From: a virus
Taxonomy: Duplodnaviria; Caudoviricetes
Reading direction: 5' to 3' (one strand)
DNA length: 56,021 nt
Virus record (IMG/VR): IMGVR_UViG_3300017766_005490
Span: 1-56,021 of that record
Positions 1 to 10,036 of the stretch are shown here, one piece after another; position 1 is the first letter of the stretch; the number at the start of each line of letters is the position of its first letter. The translations under genes were made by a program, and so were the position numbers. Under the pieces are notes generated by a model. The model searched no databases and was not told the origin of the DNA. It saw only the letters and a list, made by a program, of their open reading frames with translations.

Positions 1-123
1 ACACTTAAAGAATTAGCACGACCTAAATACAAATCTACTAAATTTCCTGGCTTAGCCACAGAAAACATGGAATTAACAATGCCGCTAATTGGTTGCTCGT
101 TATAGGTTGAATTAGATTGTCCC
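1..123. repeat. Terminal direct repeat (circular assembly overlap), copy 1
   Basis: Bases 1-123 are identical to 55899-56021 and fall inside a gene that reads through the junction. Confidence 0.97.
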
Positions 124-272
124 GCATCCATCAAACGGTAACCGTTCATTTTGCGCGGGCGCCCTTTGTAAAAACGACACCATTGTCCTGCTATATAACT
201 TTTGGAATCATAAGGGGTTCCATCGCGCTGAAATCCAGGTGAACTAATAAGAGGTTGAATTAAATATTTCAT
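1..272 (-). CDS. 5' part of tail nozzle/tubular-B-like protein; continues across the origin to 54566 (534 aa in total)
   Basis: ATG at 272 overlaps the stop of the upstream gene (TAATG). MKYLIQPLISSPGFQRDGTPY...WCRFYKGRPRKM runs in frame into MFSVAKPG of ORF 54566..55966; 272+1333=1605 nt. Confidence 0.8.
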   Translation of the reverse strand, partial: MKYLIQPLISSPGFQRDGTPYDSKSYIAGQWCRFYKGRPRKMNGYRLMDAGQSNSTYNEQPISGIVNSMFSVAKPGNLVDLYLGRANSLS

Positions 273-2590
273 TAATTACCGCCAATCTCAACGGCAATTA
301 TAGTTGCGTTATTTATAAAATATTGAAGTAATTCACTTCCATGATTATTAAATATTTTAAATGTTAAATTTTGTTGTGTTGTATTACCTGGTGTATAAAC
401 ATATGTCCAAGCCCCTGTATTTTGGGTTGAACCGTTAGAAATAAATACGCCTGCAAAAAATTTTCCTAAATATGGGTTTACATCATTAATAAAACAATTT
501 AATTGCGAAACATTTCCTTCATTTGTGTTAAATGCTGCCATTGTTACTAAAAACAATATTTTACTGTTTGAGTATGTAGGAGTTATTGAAATAGTAAAAC
601 CTGGAACTAAGCTGCCGTTAATGACATCAAAAGGAGAGTTGTATTCAAAATTTAAGTTTTGAATTTGTAAAATACTTAAGCCTCCCCAAACTGGGGGTTG
701 TCCTATTCGACTCGTTAAATTTTTTCCACTAACTAGTGCATTTGGAAGTCGAATATTGCTACCAGCTGAATAAGACAAAAGGTCACCAGCTGTTGATAAA
801 GGGGATAAATTATTAAACGCTAAAGTTTTTCCAGCTGCCCCAGTTCCTCCTAAAGCAACAGGTAATGGCCATGCTACAGGAGCTGCGGAACCATTAATTG
901 TACCTGAAACGGTTAAATTTCCATTAATAGTTGCATTACTTGTTATTCCAAGCGTAGGTGTCGTTATACCAACACTATTGGTACCTGTTAACGCAAGTTG
1001 ATCACCATATACATAAATTGAATTTGGAGCTATTGGAGTATCTGGTAAATTAGTTCCACTAGTTGATATGTTTATAAGATTTGAAAAAACACCTAATGCA
1101 GAAAAGTTACCTGTTGAGTGATTAATTCCAGCAATAGAAACACCTGTTGTATTTGGAAATGTTTCTGTTGTAAGTCTAGCTGGCGTAATTCTTAAAGAAC
1201 CAAGGCTTGTTGCAGAACTTGTTGGTCTAATTGAAAAATAAGGAATATTATTAGCGGGGGGTGGTCCATAAACAGAAGGCGCTGTCAATGTTGATCGCCA
1301 CAAATTACTTGATCTAAAATTAAATTGCTTAGTTGTGTCATTGTTAATAGCCAGTCCAAAGCTATTAGGAGAGCGAATAATTGACGTAGTATTGGCTTGA
1401 TCATAAGAAAAATCGCAAACAAAATTACTGTTTTGGGTAATCGCCATATTTTGGCCATTTAAAAAAGCACCTGTTTCGTTATCTCCTATAAAGCGAATTG
1501 ATGGATTATTTGCATTTCCGTCTGGAAAAATAAAACCCGCTTCGGGCAAAATAATTGTAGGTGTAGAATAAATGTTTGTATTGTCTGAATAAAAAATCAT
1601 TCGTTCAGCTTGAGGAATTTGTATAGGGGGCGATGCGCTGCCTGTCATAACAACAGAAAGAGTAAAAGGACCTGTTGTTGCATTAGTCATGTACCAACTA
1701 TATGCAATTTGTGGAAAAAAAACGGTTACGTTTGCCGTTAATTCGCCAATAAACTTAAGAATTGTTTTATTTGCGTCATTTTCAGTTAAAATTAAATTTC
1801 CAGCAGATACAGCAATAGTGCCAACAAAATATGAAAAATAGGTTGGTTGCCCCCGTCCAATAGTGTACCAATTAATGCCGTCTGTTATAAAATAACAAGA
1901 AATTTGAGGATCAAGGGCGGTAACATTTCCCCCATCAATTAAAGCATTAGGAGCGGTTAAGGTGATGCTTCCCTGACCTTGGTTGCTAATGCTAAAGTAA
2001 AAACCATTTCCAACAGCACCTGCTTCTGGAAAAACAAAGGCATTTCCGCCGCCCCCTGTCCAAACAAACAAATCTGCTCGATTTTGTGCTGTTATAACAG
2101 TTCCTAATGTTCCTGTTGAAATAGTATTTGTTGTTGTGTTAAGCGTTGTCCCAATTGCTTTTAATCCTTCACCTGCTAATGCCGTAGCATCTGCGTTCGA
2201 AACACCAGCTCCAAACTGAAATGTAATCCATGTACCTTCAGGTGTTGAATTGTCCGTTAAATAAAAGGCATATGTATCCCCTGTTTCAATTGCCACAATT
2301 TGTTCTTCTGTTTCATTTTGGACAATGATTGTATTTGAACCTGTGTTATAAATAAAAAAATTCATCCCAACAGAAACTTGAGTTGCGTCAGGGATGACAA
2401 TTGTTCCATTTATTGTGTCATCAGGCGGCGTAGCTGTTATTTGCATAAAATTTGCAACAACATCTGGATCATCGCTATATGACGATGGCCAAACTAAATA
2501 CAAAACAGGAAGATCGTTTGTTAATTCATAAGCTTGATATTGAACGTAAGCACTTTGAATTGGGCCTTGAGAAAAAGAATAAGTAGCCAT
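272..2590 (-). CDS. Tail fibre/baseplate-like structural protein
   Basis: 772 aa, T/G/N/S-rich beta-strand protein with repeated P.A..V..G..F.I.N modules and a fibre-like LPVALGGTGA motif; lies in the tail cluster. Confidence 0.7.
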   Translation of the reverse strand: MATYSFSQGPIQSAYVQYQAYELTNDLPVLYLVWPSSYSDDPDVVANFMQITATPPDDTINGTIVIPDATQVSVGMNFFIYNTGSNTIIVQNETEEQIVAIETGDTYAFYLTDNSTPEGTWITFQFGAGVSNADATALAGEGLKAIGTTLNTTTNTISTGTLGTVITAQNRADLFVWTGGGGNAFVFPEAGAVGNGFYFSISNQGQGSITLTAPNALIDGGNVTALDPQISCYFITDGINWYTIGRGQPTYFSYFVGTIAVSAGNLILTENDANKTILKFIGELTANVTVFFPQIAYSWYMTNATTGPFTLSVVMTGSASPPIQIPQAERMIFYSDNTNIYSTPTIILPEAGFIFPDGNANNPSIRFIGDNETGAFLNGQNMAITQNSNFVCDFSYDQANTTSIIRSPNSFGLAINNDTTKQFNFRSSNLWRSTLTAPSVYGPPPANNIPYFSIRPTSSATSLGSLRITPARLTTETFPNTTGVSIAGINHSTGNFSALGVFSNLINISTSGTNLPDTPIAPNSIYVYGDQLALTGTNSVGITTPTLGITSNATINGNLTVSGTINGSAAPVAWPLPVALGGTGAAGKTLAFNNLSPLSTAGDLLSYSAGSNIRLPNALVSGKNLTSRIGQPPVWGGLSILQIQNLNFEYNSPFDVINGSLVPGFTISITPTYSNSKILFLVTMAAFNTNEGNVSQLNCFINDVNPYLGKFFAGVFISNGSTQNTGAWTYVYTPGNTTQQNLTFKIFNNHGSELLQYFINNATIIAVEIGGN

Positions 2591-2593
2591 AAA

Positions 2594-3238
2594 TCACCTC
2601 ACGCTAAATTCGTCATAAATTCGTTTCATGTCTTCCTCTGTTAACGAGGCTTTGGATTTTTCATACATTTGAGTAAAAACGGGAATCCGTTCTAAGTCAG
2701 GAATTTGAGTTGCTGCATCAATGCAAACAGAATTCACAAGCAGCTCAGGAACACTTTCTGTTAAAAAGTTTGTGCTGGTTGTTTCGTCAATAAAAACGGG
2801 AAATTGAAAATAAAAAAGTTGATAAGGGTAAGCCACATCAGGTGTTGGATACACTGACCACAAATTGTAATTTGTGTCAGCGTAATATTTTGGCTCACCA
2901 ACAATTTCTGGATTTGGCCAATAAATTTCACAAAAAATTCTATCACGTAATAAAATTTGTTTACGTGTTGTGCGACGAGTAGGGTCTAATTGACTTGAAA
3001 CGCCAATATTAAATGAAGCATTATTTAACCACCGTGTGGGTTTTTGAATTAAATTGTTGCTTGGTGTTAAAGTGCCATCTATTGAAACTTTTAACCCTAA
3101 AATCTTTAAATCATGGGCAATTCGTCGTTGACCTAAAGCAATCCAAAAAGGAATATTGCTTAAAAAAACATTATCTGTTCTGTTAAAAATTTCTTGTATT
3201 TTTGTTACAAGCGACGTGTATGTAAGGACAAACGACAT
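2594..3238 (-). CDS. Head-tail adaptor (tail tubular A-like)
   Basis: 214 aa with LTYTSL..I N-terminus, GEPKYYA, VYPTPD.AY and TNFLT..PELL, as in podovirus adaptors. Confidence 0.7.
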   Translation of the reverse strand: MSFVLTYTSLVTKIQEIFNRTDNVFLSNIPFWIALGQRRIAHDLKILGLKVSIDGTLTPSNNLIQKPTRWLNNASFNIGVSSQLDPTRRTTRKQILLRDRIFCEIYWPNPEIVGEPKYYADTNYNLWSVYPTPDVAYPYQLFYFQFPVFIDETTSTNFLTESVPELLVNSVCIDAATQIPDLERIPVFTQMYEKSKASLTEEDMKRIYDEFSVR

Positions 3239-3247
3239 AATTTTTCC

Positions 3248-3655
3248 TTAAGCAACTGTCAAAGAACCTGTAAAACTTGTAATTACAAAAACACCATTTC
3301 CCACATACATAAATGTGGCAGTTGTAGCCGTAATATCTGAACCAGAGCCGTTTGATGAGACTTTTTGCCCTAAATTTCCATCTGCAATATTGTAATTTTT
3401 GTGATCATTCCATTGAACAGTTTGGTTTGAATCAATAACAAGTTGCCATCCCGCAGAATTTCCTGAAATAATTTGAAAACTTTGGCCTATTTGAATTTGT
3501 GCATTTAAAGGAGCGTAAATTACCGAAATGCCGCCACCTGATGCCAATGTGTAAATAGTATCTTTTGGGCTAATTAAACCACCCGCATTTGTTTGGATAA
3601 AATTAGTGTAATTAATTACATCTAAAGGCAAATTGATTGCATTATTTGTGGTCAT
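3248..3655 (-). CDS. Small tail-fibre-associated protein
   Basis: N-terminal NNAIN motif shared with 3697..4449; C-terminal GQSFQIISGNSAGWQL domain shared with both upstream fibres. Confidence 0.6.
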   Translation of the reverse strand: MTTNNAINLPLDVINYTNFIQTNAGGLISPKDTIYTLASGGGISVIYAPLNAQIQIGQSFQIISGNSAGWQLVIDSNQTVQWNDHKNYNIADGNLGQKVSSNGSGSDITATTATFMYVGNGVFVITSFTGSLTVA

Positions 3656-3696
3656 TTTTTTTCTCCAAAAAAGAGGGGGTTTCCCCCCTCTTATTT

Positions 3697-4449
3697 TTAA
3701 ACAAGGTCAGGGTTGCCGTTTGCAAACGCATTGAATTTGTTGCTTCCGACATAAACCAAATCAACACGCACACCTGCATCGCCAGTACCAGGGCTTGCAG
3801 CGGATCTGAAAGCTCCCAAAACACCAGGTGTTGTATCCTGGTTTAAGAACTGAATAACTTGGGATGCGTTTTGAGCAATGGTGAAACCAGCATTGGTTGT
3901 TCCATTAATGATGGTAAAAGTGTCACCAACGGTTGCAGAGGAAGGCAATGTGAAAGCTAGAGGACCAGAGGCACTATTAGCTACATAGCCATTACCTGCA
4001 ACAAGAGTTGTTGCACCAGTTACAGCGGTATAAGGCATTGCTGTTGCAGAAGCTGAAATTTCAATAGAAGTATCAGAACCGCTTGGAGTTAACGTAATGC
4101 CAGCACCAGCTGTTAAGTTAACGGCAAGAGCCAAAGAACCAGCGCCTGAAGTTGCTGTCAAACCAGAACCAACATCGGTTGTTAAATCGGCAAACACTGG
4201 ATCAGCGCCTGTAGAACCTAGAAAAAGCTGACCATCCGCACCAACAGAAGCCACATTAACGGCTGATGTTCCGTTACCCAAAACAACACCATGTGCGGTT
4301 AAGCTAGAAGCTCCTGTACCACCGTGATCAACACCAACAGTTGCTACAGATGTCACTTGACTTGTGCCATTACCAACAAGCAAATTGCCTGCTGTAATGC
4401 TTGTAAGACCGCCTAAAATAGGGGAATTAATTGCGTTATTTAAAGCCAT
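3697..4449 (-). CDS. Tail fibre protein
   Basis: G/T/A-rich with HGGTGA and LLVGNGT repeats; AAGGA RBS upstream. Confidence 0.7.
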   Translation of the reverse strand: MALNNAINSPILGGLTSITAGNLLVGNGTSQVTSVATVGVDHGGTGASSLTAHGVVLGNGTSAVNVASVGADGQLFLGSTGADPVFADLTTDVGSGLTATSGAGSLALAVNLTAGAGITLTPSGSDTSIEISASATAMPYTAVTGATTLVAGNGYVANSASGPLAFTLPSSATVGDTFTIINGTTNAGFTIAQNASQVIQFLNQDTTPGVLGAFRSAASPGTGDAGVRVDLVYVGSNKFNAFANGNPDLV

Positions 4450-4533
4450 TTTTTATTTCCTTTTTTGAAATAAAGTTAATATTAATTACGTTTTTATACA
4501 TAACTTTAGGCGTGTATAAGCGCCTTTTACTTA

Positions 4534-4559
4534 GGGTTTTAATTTTTTAGATTAAAACC
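4534..4559. terminator. Hairpin GGGTTTTAAT/ATTAAAACCC downstream of the tail spike gene
   Basis: 10-bp inverted repeat in the intergenic region. Confidence 0.4.
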
Positions 4560-4579
4560 CCGTGTAAACTTTTAAAAAA

Positions 4580-7183
4580 TTAAGCTTGGAACAAATCTAA
4601 ATTGCATGGGGACATGACGCTCCAAACTTGCGTTCCGTCTTCCTCCGTTGCAATATAAGTAAGTTCTGCCCAATCTGTTGCATAGCCAGTTGGCGATGGA
4701 TATGTTGCATTTGGGTCAGTTTGAATTGCCGCAATTGTTCCTGAAGTGCTTGTTACAACTAAATTTCCGTAAATAATTTTTTGAGCAACAACAAGTGGCA
4801 AATTGGTTGAAATCTGCCAACCGTAAGGATTGCTTCCAATAACACGGAAACTTGAACCTTCAGCAAAATTTGAGGGCAAGCTAAAGAATGTTGGATTACC
4901 TGGCGCATCTGGATCAACGGTTGCAATATAAGACACGTGTTGAACTGGATTTACAGGCGGATTAACACCTACGCCGCCAAAAGCTAAAAATGATGCGGCT
5001 AAAGCAGGGGCGTTTGAAAACCATGTTGTGCCTTCAGCAACTGAATAGCCCAAAACTCCTAAAGGACTTGTGGGCAAACTTGAACCACTTGTGGGGGGAG
5101 GCAAAACAAGAAAATCTCGACCTTCAGAAACTTGTGTAGAGCCAGTTGTGTTTGCGTTCCCAATTAATAAAGAATTTGCAGGCGGTGCATACAAAGTTGG
5201 GTAGGCATCATTATCATTGGCATAAGTAACAAGCCTGCTTAAAAACCCTGTAGAGTCAACAAATGTTAAATTTTTAGAAGCAAGTTGAATTATTAAGCCA
5301 GTGGACGGTATATTGACATATTGACTAGAGCTTAAACCAGTTGATTGATCCATATATAAACATGAATTTTCAGCATTTCTTAGGCTTAAAACAGAATAAT
5401 TACCTGTTTCATTTTCAAAACCAATTGATTGATTGCTGCCAATTGTCAGCTCCATAGAAACTGTTGGGTCACCAACAACTGTTGTATTGCTTGAGTTAAC
5501 AACGGCGTTGTAACCAATTGCAGCAGAATTTGAAATTCCAGTAACGGTAGATTCAGATGAACTGCCTAAAAATGTACATCTTGACGTAATAATATTATCA
5601 TTTGGCCCAGCACTATAGCCAAGTGCCGTGTTGTGACTTCCCGTCGTTACGTTGTAAAGGGCATTTGTTCCAACGCCTGTGTTATTTCCACCTGTTGTTA
5701 CGTTGTAAAGGGCTTCGTAACCAAACGCTGAGTTATTTGCAGCGCCTCCAATTAAAGCAAGGGCTTGATAACCAAAAGAAGTATTTTTTGTTGTTTGAGC
5801 AACCCCATAATCAGGTGCACCAACGCCGTTAACAAAGAAATTTCCGTCGCCAATTGATGAATTATCATTTCCTATAAAAAAGTTTTCAGTTGTATCATGA
5901 AAAAACAAAGGCAAATCCATTTGAAGAACAACGTTGCCCGTAGTTGGGTTAATGACGTTAGTTCCACCACTTGCGGTAACACTTGAAACGGCTCCACTAC
6001 CTCCCCCCCCATTTACCCATTGCAACACTTGAGAAGTCCCGCCTGATGCATTTGAAACAAGACTTAAAACTTGACCTGCTGTTCCTGTTCCACCAATGGG
6101 GTGCAATAAACTATCGTAAACATTACCTGTTCCAACTGATGTAAGGACTTGAAGAACATAAGGCGCAGAAGTGGATTCTTGAATGGATAATTCGTCAAAA
6201 CCAAGCGCTCCGCAATATTCAATAAGTTTACTATTCATTTGCACATTTGACGAAGCCGTAATTCCTGACCAGTTAGGAATTTCAATATTCATGGCGCCAT
6301 TAGCTGTCAAAGGACTTCCTGTAATTGTGGCTGTGCCTCCTGTTGAAGTTAACCCCACACTGGTTAACCCACCGCCGCCACCGCCCCCTGGAATATTAAT
6401 TGTAGCAACGCCCCCTGCAGCACTTCCTGTTACCCCAGAACCTGAAAATGTAATTCCCCCAACAGCAGTTGAGGATAAGCCAGGAGCAATTACGGCAATT
6501 GTTGACGATGTGGCACTGGCAGGAGCCCAAGCGCTGCCGCTCCATGATAAAATTTGACCTGTTGTAGCACCATTTTGAGCAATTCTGGATAACGGCAAAC
6601 CACCTACGGCAATATCAAGCACAATTGTGCCATTTGCTGTTAATGGGTTATTAGTAAAGTTAAAATTTGTTCCTCCTGAAACTTCACTTAACCCCACACT
6701 TGTAAGGCCGCTGCCACCACCGCCACCTGTTACGGTAAAAACCACATCAGATTTGTTGTTAACAGAATCTTGCGTAACCGCAATAGTCATATTAGAGTTG
6801 GCAGAGCTTAAATTAATTGTAGGTGTTGTAGCTGATTGTGCGCCAGATTCAACAGTTACATTTTGGCTTGATGTTCCATCAACAACAGACAGATTAATGC
6901 CACCTGCGCCGCCGCCTGGGTTTGTAATAGAAACAGAACCATCTGACGAAACAAGTTTGTTGCCAAAAAATTGTTTAGCTGATGGACTATAAGAAACCAA
7001 GCCTGATGCATTTAAATTGGATAACCCAAGTAAATTTCCAAGCGGTGCAATACTGATTGTAGAGCCTGCCCCCCCATCTACAACGTTTAATGCGCCTGCA
7101 GTTCCTCGCAAAAGACGTGCATTTGGGTAATTAATATTACTTGCGGCTAAAACTAAAGGGCCTTGCAAAGGATCAAATGGCAT
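4580..7183 (-). CDS. Long tail fibre/spike protein
   Basis: 867 aa with GGGG-LTSVGL hinge repeats and N(T/S)xxGxxAL adhesin-like beta-roll repeats. Confidence 0.75.
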   Translation of the reverse strand: MPFDPLQGPLVLAASNINYPNARLLRGTAGALNVVDGGAGSTISIAPLGNLLGLSNLNASGLVSYSPSAKQFFGNKLVSSDGSVSITNPGGGAGGINLSVVDGTSSQNVTVESGAQSATTPTINLSSANSNMTIAVTQDSVNNKSDVVFTVTGGGGGSGLTSVGLSEVSGGTNFNFTNNPLTANGTIVLDIAVGGLPLSRIAQNGATTGQILSWSGSAWAPASATSSTIAVIAPGLSSTAVGGITFSGSGVTGSAAGGVATINIPGGGGGGGLTSVGLTSTGGTATITGSPLTANGAMNIEIPNWSGITASSNVQMNSKLIEYCGALGFDELSIQESTSAPYVLQVLTSVGTGNVYDSLLHPIGGTGTAGQVLSLVSNASGGTSQVLQWVNGGGGSGAVSSVTASGGTNVINPTTGNVVLQMDLPLFFHDTTENFFIGNDNSSIGDGNFFVNGVGAPDYGVAQTTKNTSFGYQALALIGGAANNSAFGYEALYNVTTGGNNTGVGTNALYNVTTGSHNTALGYSAGPNDNIITSRCTFLGSSSESTVTGISNSAAIGYNAVVNSSNTTVVGDPTVSMELTIGSNQSIGFENETGNYSVLSLRNAENSCLYMDQSTGLSSSQYVNIPSTGLIIQLASKNLTFVDSTGFLSRLVTYANDNDAYPTLYAPPANSLLIGNANTTGSTQVSEGRDFLVLPPPTSGSSLPTSPLGVLGYSVAEGTTWFSNAPALAASFLAFGGVGVNPPVNPVQHVSYIATVDPDAPGNPTFFSLPSNFAEGSSFRVIGSNPYGWQISTNLPLVVAQKIIYGNLVVTSTSGTIAAIQTDPNATYPSPTGYATDWAELTYIATEEDGTQVWSVMSPCNLDLFQA

Positions 7184-7193
7184 TTAATAACTC

Positions 7194-7748
7194 CTAATTT
7201 GCGGTAACATAATTTAAAGTAAAACCGTTGTTGATGATAAAAACCGTATCAAGGCGCGGTAATTGAATGTTAGAAGCTGAATTATTAACAACCTCCATTG
7301 ATAATAAAAATTCACCAACTGTAGAATTTGTGGCATAAAATTCATTAAAAAGAGCTGGGACTATAATTTTAGTGTCAGCTGTCATTTCGCCATAAAAATC
7401 AAAACTTAAATAATTGTAATTATCTAATGTCAACGTGATGACAGTATTTCCCGTTACATTAATAACGTTTTGATTTTGCTGTGGTTCATCAATTAATTTG
7501 CCAGGACGTGGCATATAAACTGGTTCTGGGTCAATTTTAATAGGGGGAATTAACTTATGACCGTTTGGAACATCCGCAAATTTTGGGTTAACAAGTTTTC
7601 CATTCCAAATTAAACCAGTGGCCGAATATTCCATTTGTTTAACCATTTGGTTTCGGGCACACAAAAAACCGCTGTAATCGCAACGACCAACGGGTTCAAT
7701 ATCATCAAACCGAACGTAAGTGTCTTTTCCATGGCTGCGTGTTTTCAT
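7194..7748 (-). CDS. Virion-associated hypothetical protein
   Basis: CDYSGF motif; ATGA overlap with the upstream gene; located in the structural operon. Confidence 0.55.
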   Translation of the reverse strand: MKTRSHGKDTYVRFDDIEPVGRCDYSGFLCARNQMVKQMEYSATGLIWNGKLVNPKFADVPNGHKLIPPIKIDPEPVYMPRPGKLIDEPQQNQNVINVTGNTVITLTLDNYNYLSFDFYGEMTADTKIIVPALFNEFYATNSTVGEFLLSMEVVNNSASNIQLPRLDTVFIINNGFTLNYVTAN

Positions 7749-8863
7749 GATCGCACCCCAAAACTTGACATGTCAGGCATAAAAGACAAAATGACATTTT
7801 GGTAATCAGAATGGATAGCGCGCTGGTATGCTTCGACAGACTCTTGTTTTAAAATTTGCTGCTGGGCTTTATCTTGAATTAAAAATTTAAGAGATAATCT
7901 GTACGCAATACCTTTTACAAATGCTTCTAAAAACTTAGGTGGCATAGGAGCATTGTAAAAAAGGTACGTGATATCTTGGGGATACCACAAAGCATTAAAT
8001 TTTAAACAAAAACCAATGGTAGACGGCACAGGGTAAACATTAATGACGGTTGGCATGCCTTGATCGACGTAATAACCACTTAACGTACTACCTTGTGTGG
8101 AATTTGCGTTTCCAGAATTTGCAACTGTTGGTGACCAATTGATAAAATCAAAACGACTAACAGCGGCCAACGTTTGGTAATTTTGATTGTAATTATCAAT
8201 GTTAAAATAAAGTTGCTGAATTTTAAGCGTAGCGCCTTGAGTTTCTCGAATGCGCCAAAATTGAGCAGCAACAGATTTTTTAAGCACAATCCAATTAATG
8301 ATTGATGGGTAATAAGTTTGCTGAATTGGATTGTAAAGAGTAACCCACGTGTCGCCATCAACTGAATATTCAACAGCAAGTGAATAAGTTTCTAGATCAA
8401 CAGACAAAACACCAATATATAATATGCTGTTAGCATTGCCAGCCCCATAATTATAAGAAATATAACCGTTGGGAGCGTTTTGAATGCATCCTGCATTTGT
8501 GGCAGGGTCAAAACAATTGCCAGCAACACCACCACTAGAGCTATAAGGTGTGCCTCCAATATTAAGACGTTTGGGGGCAAGTACAACCATTTCATTGTAG
8601 GGTATTTGAACAACATAAGGTGGTAACTCGTACTTTGATTGGCCAGGAACAAGCGAAACCATCATAGGATTAATCATGAAAAGATTATTCCCATCACGTC
8701 CTGCCCATGAAGTTAATTCTAAATTAGCCGAATAAATAGCTGATTTAATTTGCAAAGCAGTAGCAGTATTTCCAATAATTCCTACATGCTCTAACGCTTC
8801 TGTTAGCAAATCATCAATTTCAGTATTTTGGCCAAATACATAAGAATTGCTTGTTGAAACCAT
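7745..8863 (-). CDS. Head-tail connector/tail tubular protein with an inserted beta-sandwich domain
   Basis: EALE..G, A..S.NL.L..W, G.SKY.LP, VYPVP and FLEAF..G.AY.LS.K motifs. Confidence 0.6.
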   Translation of the reverse strand: MVSTSNSYVFGQNTEIDDLLTEALEHVGIIGNTATALQIKSAIYSANLELTSWAGRDGNNLFMINPMMVSLVPGQSKYELPPYVVQIPYNEMVVLAPKRLNIGGTPYSSSGGVAGNCFDPATNAGCIQNAPNGYISYNYGAGNANSILYIGVLSVDLETYSLAVEYSVDGDTWVTLYNPIQQTYYPSIINWIVLKKSVAAQFWRIRETQGATLKIQQLYFNIDNYNQNYQTLAAVSRFDFINWSPTVANSGNANSTQGSTLSGYYVDQGMPTVINVYPVPSTIGFCLKFNALWYPQDITYLFYNAPMPPKFLEAFVKGIAYRLSLKFLIQDKAQQQILKQESVEAYQRAIHSDYQNVILSFMPDMSSFGVRS

Positions 8864-10036
8864 TTAATCCCCTCTAAAACGAAGAGTTAAATTTGCTGGT
8901 TTTTTCATAAGTTTTTTAAACAAATATGCTTTTTTAGAATTTTTACTTGCTTCTTGCATCCATTTTTCAATTGATCCGCCAGACTTTTTCTTTTGAGAAT
9001 TTTCTTTTTTAACTTTTTCAACAGCTTGAACGGCTTTGGCAAATTTTTGAGCATGGGCTTTAGGCGAACTAAGAGATTCTGCATTTTTTACTTTGCCCCC
9101 TTTTTTGTGCGGCATAAATTTTTGTGCTTTTTCAACATAAGGATCAGCTTTATTAGCTATGTCTTGAGCACCAGTGACAGCCGAACGTCCAGCATCAATC
9201 ATGCCTTTTACATCACCTGCAGCACCTGCTTCTGAAAATTGTTTTGCACCAGGAATCCACCCAAAAGCTTTAGTTAACCCAGGGTTATCAGCTTTCATTT
9301 GATCCCAAACACCGCGTTTCCAAGTTCCATCATTTTGCTGCTTAAAACCAGCTGCGGTGCGTTGCTTGGCTAAAGCATCTGATTGGAATTGACCAGTTTG
9401 ACGTTGAATTTCATTGCCAAAAGCTTGAGAACGCGCTTTATCTTGTTGAGTTTCTGCCATTGATTGATTGCGATAGGCATCATTTTGTGCACCCATTGCT
9501 TGCTTATACTCATCACTTCGGCGGTCAATTTGGGGCGCAACTTCCCCCCGTCCTTTAGCTTGCAAGCGTGCGCGCATAGCGTTGTAGTCAATACCATTAC
9601 TTTGGCCAGGCGCCATAGACGGAGATTGATTTAAAATTCCTTGGCTTTTGCTGTTATCAGCGCCTACAAATTTGTTATAATCAGAAGCGTAAGCTTTATT
9701 ATAATTTTCAGCATTTTGCGCAATGGTATTTGGATTTTGTTTTGCAAAATCTTGAGAATACATTTGCTTTGGATTATAAATTTTTGAATACCTATCAACA
9801 CTGCCTGCCAAAGAAGTTGTATCAACAGAAGGTTGAGGAGACACCATGTTGCCATCTGCATGACGTGTGCGATAAGCGTTTTGAGACATTCTTTTGTCAT
9901 TGGGTTTCATTGGTTTTGGTACAGGTGGTGCTTTTAACAATCCACCCGTTTTCATTTTAGGAATTGGAGCAGATGAACCAGCAGAAGGGGCATTTGTTAA
10001 GGATGAATTGGAGCTATTACGACATTTTCTGTTCAT
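8864..10036 (-). CDS. Low-complexity K/Q-rich putative internal virion protein with xxGG motifs
   Basis: 390 aa; MKTGGLL, HKKGGKV and KKSGGSI motifs. Confidence 0.55.
   Translation of the reverse strand: MNRKCRNSSNSSLTNAPSAGSSAPIPKMKTGGLLKAPPVPKPMKPNDKRMSQNAYRTRHADGNMVSPQPSVDTTSLAGSVDRYSKIYNPKQMYSQDFAKQNPNTIAQNAENYNKAYASDYNKFVGADNSKSQGILNQSPSMAPGQSNGIDYNAMRARLQAKGRGEVAPQIDRRSDEYKQAMGAQNDAYRNQSMAETQQDKARSQAFGNEIQRQTGQFQSDALAKQRTAAGFKQQNDGTWKRGVWDQMKADNPGLTKAFGWIPGAKQFSEAGAAGDVKGMIDAGRSAVTGAQDIANKADPYVEKAQKFMPHKKGGKVKNAESLSSPKAHAQKFAKAVQAVEKVKKENSQKKKSGGSIEKWMQEASKNSKKAYLFKKLMKKPANLTLRFRGD

Noticed and set aside
1-123. Biological direct terminal repeat of the virion DNA
   Set aside because: It falls in the middle of a coding gene and is best explained as assembler circular overlap
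6183-6992. Plus-strand Pro-rich ORFs (also 52265..52753 and 40041..40478)
   Set aside because: Antisense shadows of Gly-rich or repetitive minus-strand genes
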